Of a DNA stretch of 64,000 nt, positions 1 to 14,320 are shown piece after piece. The translations under genes were made by a program, and so were the position numbers. Source of the DNA: Eledone cirrhosa (taxonomy: Eukaryota); assembly GCA_964016885.1 (NCBI GenBank), contig OZ024740.1:197594001-197658000 (forward strand), in the 5' to 3' direction. Position 1 is the first letter of the stretch, and each line of letters opens with the position of its first letter. The notes under the pieces are model-generated. The model made no database searches. It saw only the letters and a program-made list of their open reading frames with translations, and was not told the origin of the DNA.

Positions 1-510
1 TTGGTGTTGTTATTATCATTGTGGTGGTAGTAGTTGTTACTGTTGTTGTTGTTGGTGATGTTACTATCATTGTGGTGGTAGTAGTTGTTACTGTTGTTGT
101 TGTTGGCGATGTTATCATTGTGGTGGTAGTAGTTGTTACTGTTGTTGTTGTTGGTGATGTTATTATCATTGTGGTGGTAGTAGTTGTTACTGTTGTTGTT
201 GGTGTTGTTATTATCATTGTGGTGGTAGTAGTTGTTATTGTTGTTGTTGTTGGTGTTGTTATTATCATTGTGGTGGTAGTAGTTGTTACTGTTGTTGTTG
301 TTGGTGATGTTACTATCATTGTGGTGGTAGTAGTTGATACTGTTGTTGTTGTTGGTGATGTTATTATCATTGTGGTGGTAGTAGTTGATACTGTTGTTGT
401 TGTTGGTTATGTTACTATCATTGTGGTGGTAGTAGTTGTTACTGTTGTTGTTGTTGGCGATGTTATTATCATTGTGGTGGTAGTAGTTGTTACTGTTGTT
501 GTTGGTGACA
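1..510. repeat. ~48-51 bp GT-rich minisatellite, ~10 copies, truncated by window start
   Basis: Unit ttattatcattgtggtggtagtagttgttactgttgttgttgttggtgatg repeated head to tail; the poly-Val ORF is an artefact. Confidence 0.9.
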
Positions 511-553
511 TTTTGTTAGAGTGTTTCTCAAAAATACCAATTATTCAATCAGC

Positions 554-617
<64 letters not shown>
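554..617. repeat. (CTAT)n microsatellite flanking Tx1 copy 1
   Basis: Direct reading. Confidence 0.95.
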
Positions 618-2538
618 GGGTCGACCATGGTTACCTGGATGCGGTGCTAGCGGCGGCAGGCTTCGGACCCGTTTTCAGGGGCTGGATCACTGCTATGCAC
701 AGCAGCCGCATCTGCTCTAGGGTCAAGGTGAACGGCTACCTCTCGGAGCCATTCAAAATCGCGCGGTCCATCCGACAAGGGTGCCCTCTCTCCTCCCTTC
801 TGTATGTATTGACTCTCGAGCCACTACTGCGGAAGTTGGAGTTGTTGCAGGGCATCCCTTTGGAACCGGGATTGCGGAAAGCGGTGTCGGCCTACGCCGA
901 TGACGTGACAGTAATGGTGTCGACGGCCTCCGAAATCGAGGCGGTCGGCACCTTACTGGAGGAGTACGAAAAGTTCACAGGGGCTAAGCTGAACCGGGAC
1001 AAGTCGATCGGTTTGCAACTCGGCACGTGGAGGGGCAGACCGATGCCCTCCGATAGCGTCGTCGGACGCTGGACGGAGGGCCCGGTGAAGTTGCTCGGGG
1101 TCTGGTTCGGACCGGACCTCCAGGTGGAGAAAAACTGGGCGGAGGTTACGAACAGAGTGTTTGCACTGACCCAGAAGTGGGCCAGTTGCAAACTATCCCT
1201 GAAAGGTCGGGCGGAGGTGGCGAACACCTACATAGCGTCCGTCATCTACTACCGCCTGACCGTAGTGCCCTGCCCAAGGGAAACCCTCACCAAGATGGAG
1301 CGCGCGCTCTTCCAATTCCTTTGGAAGAGGCGGGCTCCTATGGTGAGGAGATCCATCTGCTGTCAACACCCTTCGAAAGGAGGGCTGGGGATGCCGTGGC
1401 TAATGATGCGTAAACACGCATTAAGGCTACGGCACCTCTACGTATTCCTCACCGGACAACCGGTGTGGGCCTCGTTTGTGAGACGAACCTTTCCCAGACT
1501 CGTCTCACTCACCGAGCTGCAATCCTGGGTCAAGCAAAGACCGAGAAAACTGGGCGCCTGGCACACTGAGTGTGCCCAGGCGCTCACCGCCCTCTGGCAG
1601 GCGGATCCGGTTATCAGTGGAGACTCCACCGCAACATTCTATAGAGGGCTGGTACGCAGCAGGTGCGACGACGCCCTCGGAGAAGCCCTAGACATGGAGG
1701 AGGACGAACTGGCCAGCCTTTTCGGTAGGACATTTAGCCCGGGACCTATGGACAACTTCCAGAAGTCCCTGGCCTGGCAGTGCTACCGAGGGGCTTTACC
1801 CGTTCGAGAAAGGCTCTACAGACACGGGCGCCCGGGTAGGGACCCCGCCAAAAAGATCTGTCCCAGATGCGTGTGCGACGAGGAAACCGTTGCACACGCA
1901 TTAGTACACTGCTCGGGCGTAGCCGATCTGTGGGGCTATGTCGAACAACTGCTGTCAAGGGTGGGACCGATCCGGTTGACCACCGAGTCTATTGTAATGA
2001 TCAAGCCGCCTCCCCCCTTCAAAGATGAAGCAGAGGCGGTGTTTCTGTGCGTAATAGCCATGGCGAAAGAGGTTGTATGGTGGACGCGTCTGAAAGGACT
2101 GAGGTCGGGCACCTTTCTCTCTGGCCAACAACTGGTCCGTTTCTTCCGATATCATTTCGGAAGAAGGATCAGGATGGAGAGAGAGGTGCTGCACCCCAGC
2201 CGTTTCTATGAAAGATGGGTGAAAGTGGCGAGAATGGCCCGTGTGAATGGGCCTTCACTCTACATCAGACTATAGGTGAGGAAGATGAAAGACCAAGGGA
2301 GCACCCCTTCTCTGTGCTCCTGAGGAGAAGGGTTGCACACTTTTTTCGGGGGTGTGTGCGACCCCCCAAGGCGCCTCCTCTCTATTGAGGATTTTGTTAA
2401 AAATTTTATTTTTTGTTATATCTTATTTTATTTTTATATTTTGTTATTGCCTTCTCCTTATTGAGGACGCCTTTTTGTGTAAACTCCCCCCTTTGTACTT
2501 GTCCCACTTTTGATGCCCTAGTGGCAAATAAAAGAAAT
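618..2538 (+). mobile_element. 5'-truncated Tx1/L1-clade non-LTR retrotransposon, copy 1 (RT C-half, zinc knuckle, 3'UTR)
   Basis: Frame open to 2275 with RQGCPLS, YADD, GGLGMP and CPRC..ETVAHALVHC; ends AATAAAAGAAAT into (ATCT)n; homologous to 6543-8439. Confidence 0.92.
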
Positions 2539-2539
2539 A

Positions 2540-2591
<52 letters not shown>

Positions 2592-2592
2592 C

Positions 2593-2666
<74 letters not shown>
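2539..2666. repeat. (ATCT)n microsatellite separating the two Tx1 copies
   Basis: Direct reading. Confidence 0.95.
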
Positions 2667-2891
2667 TTCTTTACGATGCGCACATGTGCTGAGCTCGCTC
2701 GGTAAGTTTTTGTTTAAATTCATACGGAAATTGTAAACTGTAAACTTTCATTTTTGTACCATTTTGTAGAGGGACTGCCAGGTCAAATTTTGATCTGGTC
2801 GGTCTCTCAAAATATTCTGCGCCTTTGGGCGAAATAGTTTTGTGAACATTTTATCTTTCGAAAAACTTCGAAAAACCCTATTTTGAGAAAA

Positions 2892-3065
2892 ATGGCTGAA
2901 GCATCTTCACCATCAATCAAAGAAGGAAAGGGGAAGTCATACTCACAGCTTCCCCCTGCCACTGTCACAGCAGCAGATGCCAAAGGCAGAGGTCAGAGAG
3001 AGGAAGAATTGTCTTCACCTGTTGACCGACCACTAGATGTAGCCACAACTACACAAGAATTTGAA

Positions 3066-3096
<31 letters not shown>

Positions 3097-4707
3097 GCAA
3101 CAATAAAGACAACAAAAACAACAACAACACAAACGTCACAAGTATCCACACACCAAACGAGAAAGACAACAACAACAACAAAGATGAAAACAACTCAAAC
3201 GACGAGAAACAAAACAATACTAAAATCCAAAGCGAAAACAAAATATCTTTTGCACAAACGGCTAAATTATCAGTCGCGTATGTGCTTGAAGATATTTCAA
3301 AAGCAAAAGAAATGCTGGAAAAAGCCAAGAAATATGTATCTTTTGGCGAAAACGGTTCGTTTTCTATACATTCACCTCCAGAACTAAAAAAACAGACGGA
3401 ATTACGAACTGTCGTATTCCGAACAATTTTAAATAAAACAAAAAAACCAGCGCAACCATCTCAAGCTGAAATTCAGTTAGTCTTGAAAGACGCGATGAGA
3501 GACATCACTTTTATACAAAAGGATAAACTCTATGGGAGTTTATCCATATTGATGAAAGACGAATTGGCGGCGAAAAAATACTCTGTGTCGCCAATTCGGT
3601 CCACACACTACACCTTCTTCCCCACCTACATGGGTAAAAAACCCCAGAGGATATGGATAACCACCATCACCCCAAACATAAACTACTGGTGGTTACTAAC
3701 CGGTTTCCTCAATTTAGACGAGGACAACCTCATTTCAATAGAGAAGGCATCCGGCGACGCGTTCAGTGGAACGAGCATCGAAATTCTGACCCAAATAAGG
3801 CCAGAACGCATCGCCCAAATCCCTGAGCGCGTCATGCTGGATGACCGTACCCACCTCAACATTATTGTGGAGGGTAGGCGTCCCTCCTGTTACCTCTGTG
3901 GCAATAGAGGTCACCTGAGGGCTGCCTGTCCCCAGCTCACACAGAAAAAACACTGCTACCAACACCAACACCACCCCAACAACAACAACAAAAACAACCA
4001 CAACAACAACAACAAAAACCAACAACCCCACCACCACCACCACAACAACAACAACAACAACAAACACGTGAAAAAAATAACACAGAATACTGTCCCACCC
4101 AATCCCTCCCCACCCAAAACAAATACAAAAACACACACACCGCAAACACTACCAGAAAACATACCTCTCCCACCCAACAAAGAAGACGAACCCCTTTCGT
4201 CGCAAGACGAAAAAGATCCCTTCCAACAAGTAAAAAGAAAGAAGAGGAGACGCACCACAGACACACATGTTAACTTTAACCCCTCCCCAAGAGAACACAA
4301 ACTACACACAAACCACCCCTCCCTGTCACACAACACTAACTGCTACACAAAAAAAGACCTTACAATATACATACATGAACACAGACAACAAAGAATTACG
4401 GAAAACAATTTCAGCAAACCCTTCGGTCCAAACTGAAGGGCCTAACTTTATAACTGCTGTGGGACTACCTCATTTAAAAATGATAAAAGTCCCAATGCAC
4501 TTGTACAAAACACTGAAAATAAATTTCACGGAGGACGTGGGCCCCCCCTGCGCCAAACCAATCAACCGCGTCCTCTTAAAAAATTTCACCCCCCCCAGAC
4601 ACCCACTCAACCACAAACACCCCAACCCCACAACACACCGATGCCCCTTCACTTCCACAAACCACCACCCCACCCAACAACCCATCCCCAACCAGCATGG
4701 AAATTGA
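2892..4707 (+). pseudogene. Tx1 ORF1 (gag-like CCHC knuckle), probable frameshift near 4380
   Basis: CYLCGNRGHLRAAC knuckle and Asn/His-rich tracts; frame 2883-4436 appears to continue in frame 4267-4707. Confidence 0.75.
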
Positions 4708-4762
4708 GCGGCCCGTTTCCCGGGACGCAGAGAGGTAAGTGCCTTTTCTCCTTACCACCAAC

Positions 4763-7700
4763 ATGGCTGTGCTAAGAGTAGGGTGTCTAAATGCGCGTGG
4801 CCTGGGCTCGTCTTGGAAGCAAGCAATGCTTCTAAATGACCTCAGGTCACAATCTATAAATGTGATGGTTATCTGCTAGGCCCGGATCAGCAGCATGCGG
4901 CAGCTAGCCCCCACCTTTGACGACTTTGAGATGCACGCATCTCTCTGTCAGCCCGGAGGTGGGGGTGGGGTTGTCGTTCTGCTGCAAAAACATATGGGCC
5001 TTGCAACACAGATAGTTCACTTGGACCCAGGGGGTCGACTGGTGGTGCTGGACCTTGGCAGTGGTGAAGGTAGAGCCTTTAGGCTGGTAGCCGCATATGC
5101 CCCTTTTGGGACAGAGCGGCCCGACTTTTTCCAGCGTCTGGAGTCTTTTCTAGGGACGTCCCGTTCCCTGCTTTTAGTGGGGGATTGGAATAGTATCCTG
5201 GATGCACGTTGGGACTATGCAGGGGCATGTCCCGATAGAGAGGGGTGCAACAGCCTCAAGGAGTTACTCGGCCGATTTGACCTGGCCGATAGATTTCGAC
5301 TAGATTTTCCGACGGTGCCAACCTGGTCTTGGTCAAATCGCAGCGGATCATCTAAGTCGTACCTAGATAGATTTTTAGTTAGAAATAAGGACAGGGACTT
5401 TTTAAGTTGTCCAGAAATGCTCATGGTTGGCTATTCAGACCACAAGTTGGTGACCTGCATGGTCAACCTTGATAGAACGCATAGACAGGGCCCCGGTTAC
5501 TGGAAGCTCAACTTGTCCTTGCCGGCAAGTAGAGCCTACAGGGATCGGATTAGTACGTTAGTTAAGGAACGGTTGACTGGAGCGATCGTCAACAGCAGGT
5601 GGTGGGTATCTCTAAAGAGAGAGATTAGAGTAGTCTCGATAGAATTTAGTAAGGTTCTAGCTGCGGATAGGAATAGGAAGGAAAGGGAGCTAATAGATAG
5701 AGTAGAAGAGGCAATTAGAAGCGGCGACGTGGCCAGAGTGCTAGCGTCGAGAACGGCTTTGAGCCAGTTTTTCGACGCGAAGCACGAAGGCTGCGTTGTC
5801 CGAAGTAAAATACGTGCTCTAGGGAACGAGGGGACCAAAGCTGTTGGCTGGGCCCGCGTGACAGAGGCCAACAGTGGAACTAAATCCACCATCCGGTCTT
5901 TGCGAGACCTGGATGGACGGGCGATTCTTGAGCCTAAGCAGATGTGTGAGGCCTTTCAAAGGCACTTTGCCCGACTGTTCGGGAGGGGCGGGGAGCCGGT
6001 TGGGAACGTGGACTTCGGTCCATACCTCGACGGCCTGCCGCGCCTCTCGGACAGGGAGGCGAAGTCCTGTGAGGAGCCGATTTCGGCCGCTGAGATAGAG
6101 GACGTGCTGAGCCAATGCGGCAAACGCAAATCCCCGGGTCTCGATGGTCTTCCTTACGAATTATATCTAGCTATGCCGGACTTGTTCCCCGATCTCCTTG
6201 AGGCGGTCTACTGCAACTGGCAACAGAACGGGAGAATTCCCTGTACTGTGACCAAGGGCGTAGTCACGCTAGTGAGGAAGGACGAGAACAAGGGGGACGA
6301 AATAAGTAACTTCAGGCCCATAACTCTGCTAAATACAGAGTTACAGATTTTGGCCAAGGTGCTAGCAAAGAGGTTGGCGCTTGTCTTGGGCAACCTGGTG
6401 GGAGATGCGCAGACATGCGCTATCCCGTCCAGGTTCATCCATGACAACCTCCACCTCATGCGATACATCATAGAGAGGGTTGGGAACGAACCCGGCTTTG
6501 GTGGGGCTCTGATCAACTTGGATCAATCTAAGGCGTTCGATAGGGTCGACCATGGTTACCTGGATGCGGTGCTAGCGGCGGCAGGCTTCGGACCCGTTTT
6601 CAGGGGCTGGATCACTGTTATGTATAGCGACCGCATCTGCTCTAGGGTCAAGGTGAACAGCTACCTCTCGGAGCCGTTCAAAATCGCGCGGTCCAACCGA
6701 CAAGGGTGCCCTCTCTCCTCCATTCTGTATTTATTGACTCTAGAGCCACTACTGCGGAAATTGGAGCTGTTCCAGGGCATCCCCCTAGAACCGGGACTGC
6801 GCAAAGCGGCGTCGGCTTATGCCGACGACGTAACGGTAATGGTGTCGAGCACCTCGGAAATCGGGGTGATCGGCAACTTACTGAAAGAATACGAAACGCT
6901 GACGGGAGCAAAACTAAACCCAGACAAGTCTGTCGGTTTGCAACTCGGTACGTGGAGAGGCAAACCGATGACATCCGACAGCGTCGTTGGACGCTGGACG
7001 GACGGACCGGTGAAATTGCTCGGGGTCTGGTTCGGTCCAGACCTCCAGGTGAAGAAAAACTGGAACGAGGTCACGGCCAAGGTGTTTGCACTCACTCAGA
7101 AGTGGGCAGAGTGCAAACTGTCCTTGAAAGGTCGAGCGGAGGTGGCGAACACTTTCATAGCGTCCGTCATCTACTACCGCTTGACTGTCGTGCCTTGTCC
7201 CCGTGAACACCTCGCCAAGATGGAACGCATGCTCTTCCAGTTTCTGTGGAAGAAGCAGGCTCCGCTGGTGAGGAGATCCGTCTGCTGTCAGCACCCTTCC
7301 AACGGAGGGCTGGGAATGCCGTGGCTGATGATGCGCAAACATGCGCTGAGGCTGCGGCATCTCCAGGTATTCCTCACCGACCCCCAACCGGTGTGGGCAC
7401 CGTTTGTGAGACAGGCTTTCCCACAGCTCGTCTCGCTAACGGAGCTGCAGTCCTGGGTGAAGAAAAGACCGAAAACGATGGGCACCTGGCACATTGAATG
7501 CGCTCAGGCGCTCACAGTCCTCTGGCAAGCGGGCGCAGCAATCAGTGGAGACGCCACTTCGACATTCTATAGAGGGATTGTACGTTACAAGGGCGACGAC
7601 GTGCTCGGAGAGACTCTGGGCGTCGAAGATGATGAGCTCACCAGTCTGTTTGGTAGGACTTTCCGCCCGGGACCTATGGACAACTTCCAGAGGTCCCTGG

Positions 7701-8203
7701 CCTGGCAGTGCTACCGAGGAACTCTACCGGTTCGTGACAAGATCTACAGGCACGGACGCCCTGGCAGGGATCCTTCCAAGAGGACGTGTCCAAGATGTGC
7801 GCAGAACATTGAAACAGTTCTGCACGCAATTGTACACTGCCCGGGCGTAAGCGACCTGTGGAACTATACAGAACAACTGCTGTCGCGTATGGGACAAATC
7901 CAGTTGACTGCCGAGTCCATAGTAAGGATCAAACCGCCAGACTCTTTCAAAAACGAAAGAGAGGCGGTTTTCCTCTGTACGGTGGCTATGGTGAAAGAAG
8001 TTATATGGTGGACAAGGTTGAGAGGACTGAGGACAGATGCCTTTCTCTCCGGACAACAATTGATTCCCTTCGTTAAGTATCACTTTAGGAGGATAATCAG
8101 GGTGGAGAGAGAGGCACTGCACCCCAGTAAATTTACTGAAAGGTGGGTGAATGAAGCGAAAATGGCCCGAGTGATTGGGCCTTCTCTGTTTATAAGCCTG
8201 TAG
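4763..8203 (+). pseudogene. Tx1 ORF2 (APE endonuclease, RT, zinc knuckle) with one in-frame TAG at 4877-4879
   Basis: ATG 4763 MAVLRVGCLNARGL is in frame with 4895-8203; GDWN, YLDRFL, SDH, KSPGLDGL, LDQSKAFD, YADD, CPRC motifs. Confidence 0.9.
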
Positions 8204-8544
8204 GTTGAGGAAGAGAGCAAAAGGAAGAAAGGAGCCCTTGCACAACACGCTCCTGGAGTTGAGGGTTGTTCTATCGACGGGGTATTAAACAACCCATTTG
8301 TGGCGCCTCCCCCCTATTGGGGATTTCGATTGTTGAAATTGTTTGTTTTTATATTTTTTACACGACTGTATGTAAAATCCCCGGCATGTCTTTGTATTGT
8401 CCCCTTTTCTTGTTGCGCCCTTGTGGCTAATAAAGAAATCTCTCTATCTCTCTATCTCTCTATTTATCACTCAATCAATTCGTATCTCTCTTCCTCTCTT
8501 TCTCTCCCATTTTATATGTGAAAAATATGTATACGTGCGCAAAT

Positions 8545-8850
<306 letters not shown>

Positions 8851-9360
8851 GCAGACATATATTAGATAAGGTTAGGTCTTTTATGATAAACTTATAACTA
8901 AATTATGTATTTATATAAAGCAAAATATGATACCAAAAATGTGACGGTTGTTGGTGATGTGATTATTCCTGCTCTGGTAGTCGTTATATTATATGACAGT
9001 AGTAAGAACATTAGCGTTTAATCAAGTAAAGCATTTGTATATACGATATCTGACATAGAAATCTTTTGTGTCGTCTGAGAGTTGTGATCTGTGCGGTTAT
9101 CCCATATACAAATACGAAGCGTAATTCCCAACATCGTGGTGTGTTTTCAAGCTTGTTTCAAGGTTATTTAATCTGCTGCATCAGCCTCGTTAGTGCTTAG
9201 AAGTTTGTTTTGCTCGTTTGTGCCACACGTTTTATAAACATTAAATCCTATATGTAATACTATTTTCCTTCTTACTACGTTATATTCATATTTACTGGTT
9301 CGCTTTGTAACTTTTGTGATCTCATTTTTCGCATGTTGGGAAATCATCTTTAATGGAGAT

Positions 9361-9506
9361 ATGTCCCGTTTTCTGCGCTGGATTTTCGTTATCTTCCGAA
9401 GTCTTATTGACATTTTATTGATGTTGTTGTATTTAGTCTGTTATGTAGAAGGGTCGTTGATTCTTGACCACGTCCATGTTGCAGCTCGTTTGGTGAAAGG
9501 AAAATG
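9361..9506 (+). CDS. Candidate host first coding exon (signal-peptide or TM-like)
   Basis: MSRFLRWIFVIFRSLIDILLMLLYLVCYVEG.. in non-repetitive DNA, ending at TG|GTAAAA; no homolog recognised. Confidence 0.25.
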
Positions 9507-10034
9507 GTAAAAACAAAATTGTAAGAGAAATTGGTAAATTTCATAGCTATAAATAAATAGTCATTCTATCTTAAGTTTGTGCCTCTGTTTCGCTGTTCTT
9601 AAAACTTCTGTTTCATATATCTTATTCGATGAAATATAGTAAATAATTACTATTCATTTTTATGACTACTTCTCATATTCCTGTTACTTAGGAAAACCTT
9701 TTATTGTTGAAAGCTCCGATATCTTTCTCGCTGTGGATTCAAATACATTTTTAAAATATAAATTTTTCTGTTCATATTTATCTTAAATTACATATTTTGT
9801 GCATAAGATATTACCTTTAAGTAGATTTTGATAGCTTTAAATAGGTGAAACGAAGAAAAAGTATCTAAATACTGGAAGGGAAATCTACAACCAGGAAAAA
9901 GCAAAGTTTTCAACGAAGTCCTTGTATCTTAATCTATAAAGCATTTCACCCAATTAAGTAATTTAGGCTCACTACTAAGGACATATCACCCAATTTATTT
10001 TGAATTATTCGATTATCTATCAATGGTTTCTGAT

Positions 10035-10166
10035 TTAGTCACAAGGCCAACAATTTTGGGGGAAGAGAGAAACGATTAAATCAGCCTCAGTGCGTGACTG
10101 GTACTTCATTTTATCAACCCCGTAAGGATGAAAGGCAAAGCTAACCTCGGTGGGATTTGAACTCTG
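10035..10166 (-). mobile_element. Diverged SINE related to the main tRNA-head family
   Basis: cacaaggcc..tggtact..ccccgtaaggatgaaaggcaaag..ggatttgaactc. Confidence 0.7.
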
Positions 10167-11566
10167 AACTTTCGATTATTTATCAATGTTATTTTTAATG
10201 TAGGGTCAAATGTAATTTAATACTGCATTATAGGCACTGATAGCTTCTCACTGAAATTAGTTAATTTGGTTAAGACTTTTTGATGGCGAATTGATTTCTA
10301 CTTTTTCTATATTATTAATTGTTGCAGGTGAATATTTTAGGTTTTCTCTATTGACCTTCATTTGAAGGCACGAGAAAGTGAAAAACAAGATTTTCATAAA
10401 AACTTGAAAACCTTTAAGCGCGATTATTTTGGAATCTGTTAAGTCCGCAGAAATGATTTTAGTCGATAATATTCTGGAGCCCTTCTACCATTAATAATCC
10501 AAAGTGTTATTAACATCCACTTTGCCTAAACGCAGCTTCTGTCTTAACCCTTGTTCTCTCGATGTTAAAATCAAATAAAAATGATTTAATAGTTTTTAAT
10601 AATTTATTAAACCCAATAAAAAATAGGATGATTTATGTACGTTTATCAATTCTTTTACTTCCTTTCATTTGTTCAACGTATTCAAAATGGAGTGAGAGCG
10701 TGTTAGGCCGGTAGCTGCGTGTTTGAAAAGATGACATTTATTACGATAAAATTAGATTTTCAAGTCTCAGGTGTTTTCTCGACATATGTCAATAGCGTTA
10801 CTTTTCCGACATAAATATCGATTCAAAATTATTCACAAAAATAAAAATAAAACAGTGTTCAACAACAGATTTGAGAACTTTGTAGTTATCTGGCATTCGG
10901 GTGTCTCCTTTACCTCTGTAGAGATTTACGATGATATTGCGGCACCAGTCACTTCTATACACTACTTGATTGTATGCGTTTGTGCGTGTGTGTGTGTATG
11001 TGTGTGTGTGCGTGGGCGTGTGTGCGTGTATGTGTAGGTGTATATAAGTATATATATTTATGTATACATATATACATACACACACTCACACCCGCATATA
11101 TGTATCAAAGCGCTTCAATAATTTATAAGACTTGTTTACATCCGTCTCCAGGCTTCAAGCTGACGAGGAAAATTGTCAATCACATCTTAGCTTAAAAAAC
11201 ACTCAGCTGGAATTCAATATCGACTTCGATTATCAGTAGCGGCTTCTAACCACTTTTTTCCGCCTCTGTGGGTATTTTACCCGATTTTCTAAGCAATTAT
11301 TTATAGTGATCGATTCTTGATAGTTATTTTCTGTGTTACACTACATATATACATACACACATATATTATGTTTATTTATATGTGAATGTGTGTGTGTGTC
11401 TGTGTGTGTCTGTGTGTGTGTGAATATGTGTGTGTGTGTATGTGTGTATGTGTGTGTAAAAAGTAAAAGTGGGAACAACACGGAAGTATATTTAAAGCAT
11501 CTTTTTTCTTTTTTCTTTATTCTTTAATCCGACAGAGCAAGAGTTATTTTAAAAGGGGTTTTATAA

Positions 11567-11609
11567 AATATCACCGGTTTCGATGAGTAAATTCATCTTA
11601 TCAAACATT
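11567..11609 (-). ncRNA. Minimal hammerhead motif, U3-A8 core, non-cleavable GUG triplet
   Basis: Reverse strand aatgt TTGATAA GATG aatttact CATC GAAA CCGG TG atatt; stems I and II pair. Confidence 0.6.
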
Positions 11610-11697
11610 AAATAAAAAAAAGTGAAAAATTAAAAGTTGAAAAATTGGAAGTTAAAAATGTCCATCTGGAAGAATTATTCTCTCTATATATACTGTT

Positions 11698-11728
<31 letters not shown>

Positions 11729-11778
11729 CCAACACAGACACACGTACACGCACACACACACAAACGCACACACAAACG

Positions 11779-11903
<125 letters not shown>

Positions 11904-12909
11904 TGTATATATTGTAGTGTTAGTAATTAGTTATTATATGTATTCTATATGTTTCAATCAGTCAGCAATATTTTTAGAAAGTGCCTATTGTCTACGAAGT
12001 AGTAACATTTACATTAAATGGCAATAGTAAATGAGAGAAAAGAAGGAAGAAAGGAAGGACAGAAAGAATGAAAGAAAGAAGGAAGTGGTGATGGAATGAG
12101 ACCAAATAGATATTGAATTTACTGAGAAGAAAGAGTAAAAATAATATGATGGTGGAGTGTGTAATATAGAAAATATACTGACGAAAGAATTTAGAGACGA
12201 AAGAACTATCATACAGTCAGCAAATATTAATAAACTTCGATCAACAATTGAGTGAAGATCAATTGATTTTATTTAATAACTAAAAACGATAATAATCACA
12301 ATTCGAATAACTATGGGCACTTTTGTTGTTAGCATTAATAAAGTAACTGGCTGCCATTCTTAATAAACAAACATGTCTGAAGAATTAAAGAGGAGAAAGA
12401 ACAAAGAGGTTTATAGATTCTTCAGGTGCCAAAATGAAGATCAAATAAAATAGAAAACTGAAAGAAGTTTTCACTTTTTAAACCATATGACTTATTCTGT
12501 AAAACACGTTGAAAAACTTTTATAAATTTTGTGATTTCTAGAAATCTGTTGTAGACATTATATGTACATTATATTTGTTTGGGTCTTTATTTAAGAAGTT
12601 CAACTCGCCGGAATTAATGCTTTCTTATATTCTTTTACTGCCTTCAATGACTAGGCTCATACTGGGGCATATCGACCCCAGGACTTATTTTATAAAGCCT
12701 GGTATATATGTTATAATCTCTCTTTTTTAAAGTAAGAGTTTAGTTACTGGACATAAAATCAGACACAGAATGAACACACACAACTGCAGTTTCTGTCTAC
12801 CAAATTTTACTCACAAGGCATTGGTCAACCTAAGGCTATAGTAGAAGACACTAACAGAATGTACCGCGCAGCGAGTCTGAAATTAAAACCAAGTAATTGT
12901 GAAATTTCC

Positions 12910-13215
12910 ACTGGTCGCATTGTCCGATTGGTAGACGGCAGTGAACGCCTGGAAGCATTGCAGATGCTAGGCACTCAACCTCAGTCTTCGCTTAAACGAC
13001 GACTGCAGCTCAGCCAATAAGATGAGCTGCGGAAAAACTATCTTACAAATGATGACCACACCTGTTCACCATTTAGGAATATCTGAAGATGCCGTGGTCT
13101 CCGCGTATGTTTGCGTATCATCAGGCACGGCATGTCCGACCTTTCACGTCGGCAGTAGATAGACCACTTCACCAATGGAAACAGCCCCTTCCAAGAAGTT
13201 GAAGAGAATAATAGA
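12910..13215 (-). mobile_element. Degenerate Tx1 ORF2 fragment
   Basis: MPCLMIRKHTRRPRHLQIFLNGEQVWSSFVR matches MPWLMMRKHALRLRHLQVFL of the intact copies. Confidence 0.75.
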
Positions 13216-13617
13216 ACAACCCCCCTCACAACATACGCTCTATATACTTAGTACAATAAAATAATAAAATAACACGACTCACATAACACATCACACACGA
13301 CAGAACAAAAACAAAAATAACAAAAGAAATAACAAGCTAAACCCTATAACGGGGGTTGATAAGCTTAGAAGACTGTGTGAGGAAAGCGCTACAGTCTGAG
13401 GAAATATGCCGAAGAGGTGTTTTGATAGCGGTACGAGAATAAATATTTTGTGACAAGGAAAAAATGAAGTCCTAAAAACTAGAAAGCAATGATATGAGCA
13501 GAAAATCTTACACGGTAGGACATCGCATCGAGACGAGACGTGATTCCAGTGAAAAAACAAAGAAGGTCGAGAGAGAGAGTGAGAGAGAGATAGAGATAGA
13601 TAGATAGATAGATAGAT

Positions 13618-13738
<121 letters not shown>

Positions 13739-13764
13739 GAGAGGTGGCTTGATCCCAGCCATTC

Positions 13765-14320
13765 AGGATCCGGCCAATCGAAGCGATATCTATCTGAAAG
13801 AAAATAGTTAAGGAAGTCATCTCGTTTGATCGTAGAGTGTGTAGTGAAAGAGAAGAGACGGTGACACATGTGGTTTCTGAACGCAACATGCTTACTCAAA
13901 AACATTATAAGAACTGGAGACATGACAAAGTTATTACAATCTTACATTGGCAAATGTGTAAAAACTTTGAATTACAGCATGTGAAGCGGCACGGCTCTAA
14001 ACCAGAACGTGTCGTTGAAAACAACCACGTAAAAGTATTATGGGAGATGAAGACTCGAATAGATAAGCAGATGGAGCATTAATGCCCTACTTCTTATTAA
14101 ACACACTAATCAGGAAAGAGTTTTTGGGTAATTGATGCTGCTTTATGAATTTGGTATCAAAATGGTACTCAATGATCGCGAGAAAATAGAAAAGTACCAA
14201 GACTTGAAATACGAAATGCAGAGAATCTTGCTTCGCCACAAAGTTGTTATCATTCCAATTGTAATAGAAACCTTAGGGACAGTAGGCAGAAGTTTGAATA
14301 ATTGGCAAATTTCCTGAATT
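13765..14320 (+). mobile_element. Degenerate R4/Dong-like C-terminal fragment (zinc knuckle + RLE)
   Basis: ETVTHVVSE..HYKNWRHD..KVLWE..EKIEKYQDL..IPIVIETLG. Confidence 0.75.

Larger units (their letters stand above)
2667..8439 (+). mobile_element. Near full-length Tx1/L1-clade LINE, copy 2 (5'UTR, ORF1, ORF2, 3'UTR)
   Basis: Two-ORF layout; 3' end GCCCTTGTGGCTAATAAAGAAAT resembles copy 1; flanked by ATCT/CTCT repeats. Confidence 0.92.

Noticed and set aside
1-510. Mucin-like Thr-rich ORF on the minus strand
   Set aside because: An in-frame stop occurs in one unit; best treated as a minisatellite
9240-9510. Resemblance to the S2-S3 segment of CNG/KCNH channels
   Set aside because: Similarity is weak, there is no upstream splice acceptor, and no other channel exons were seen
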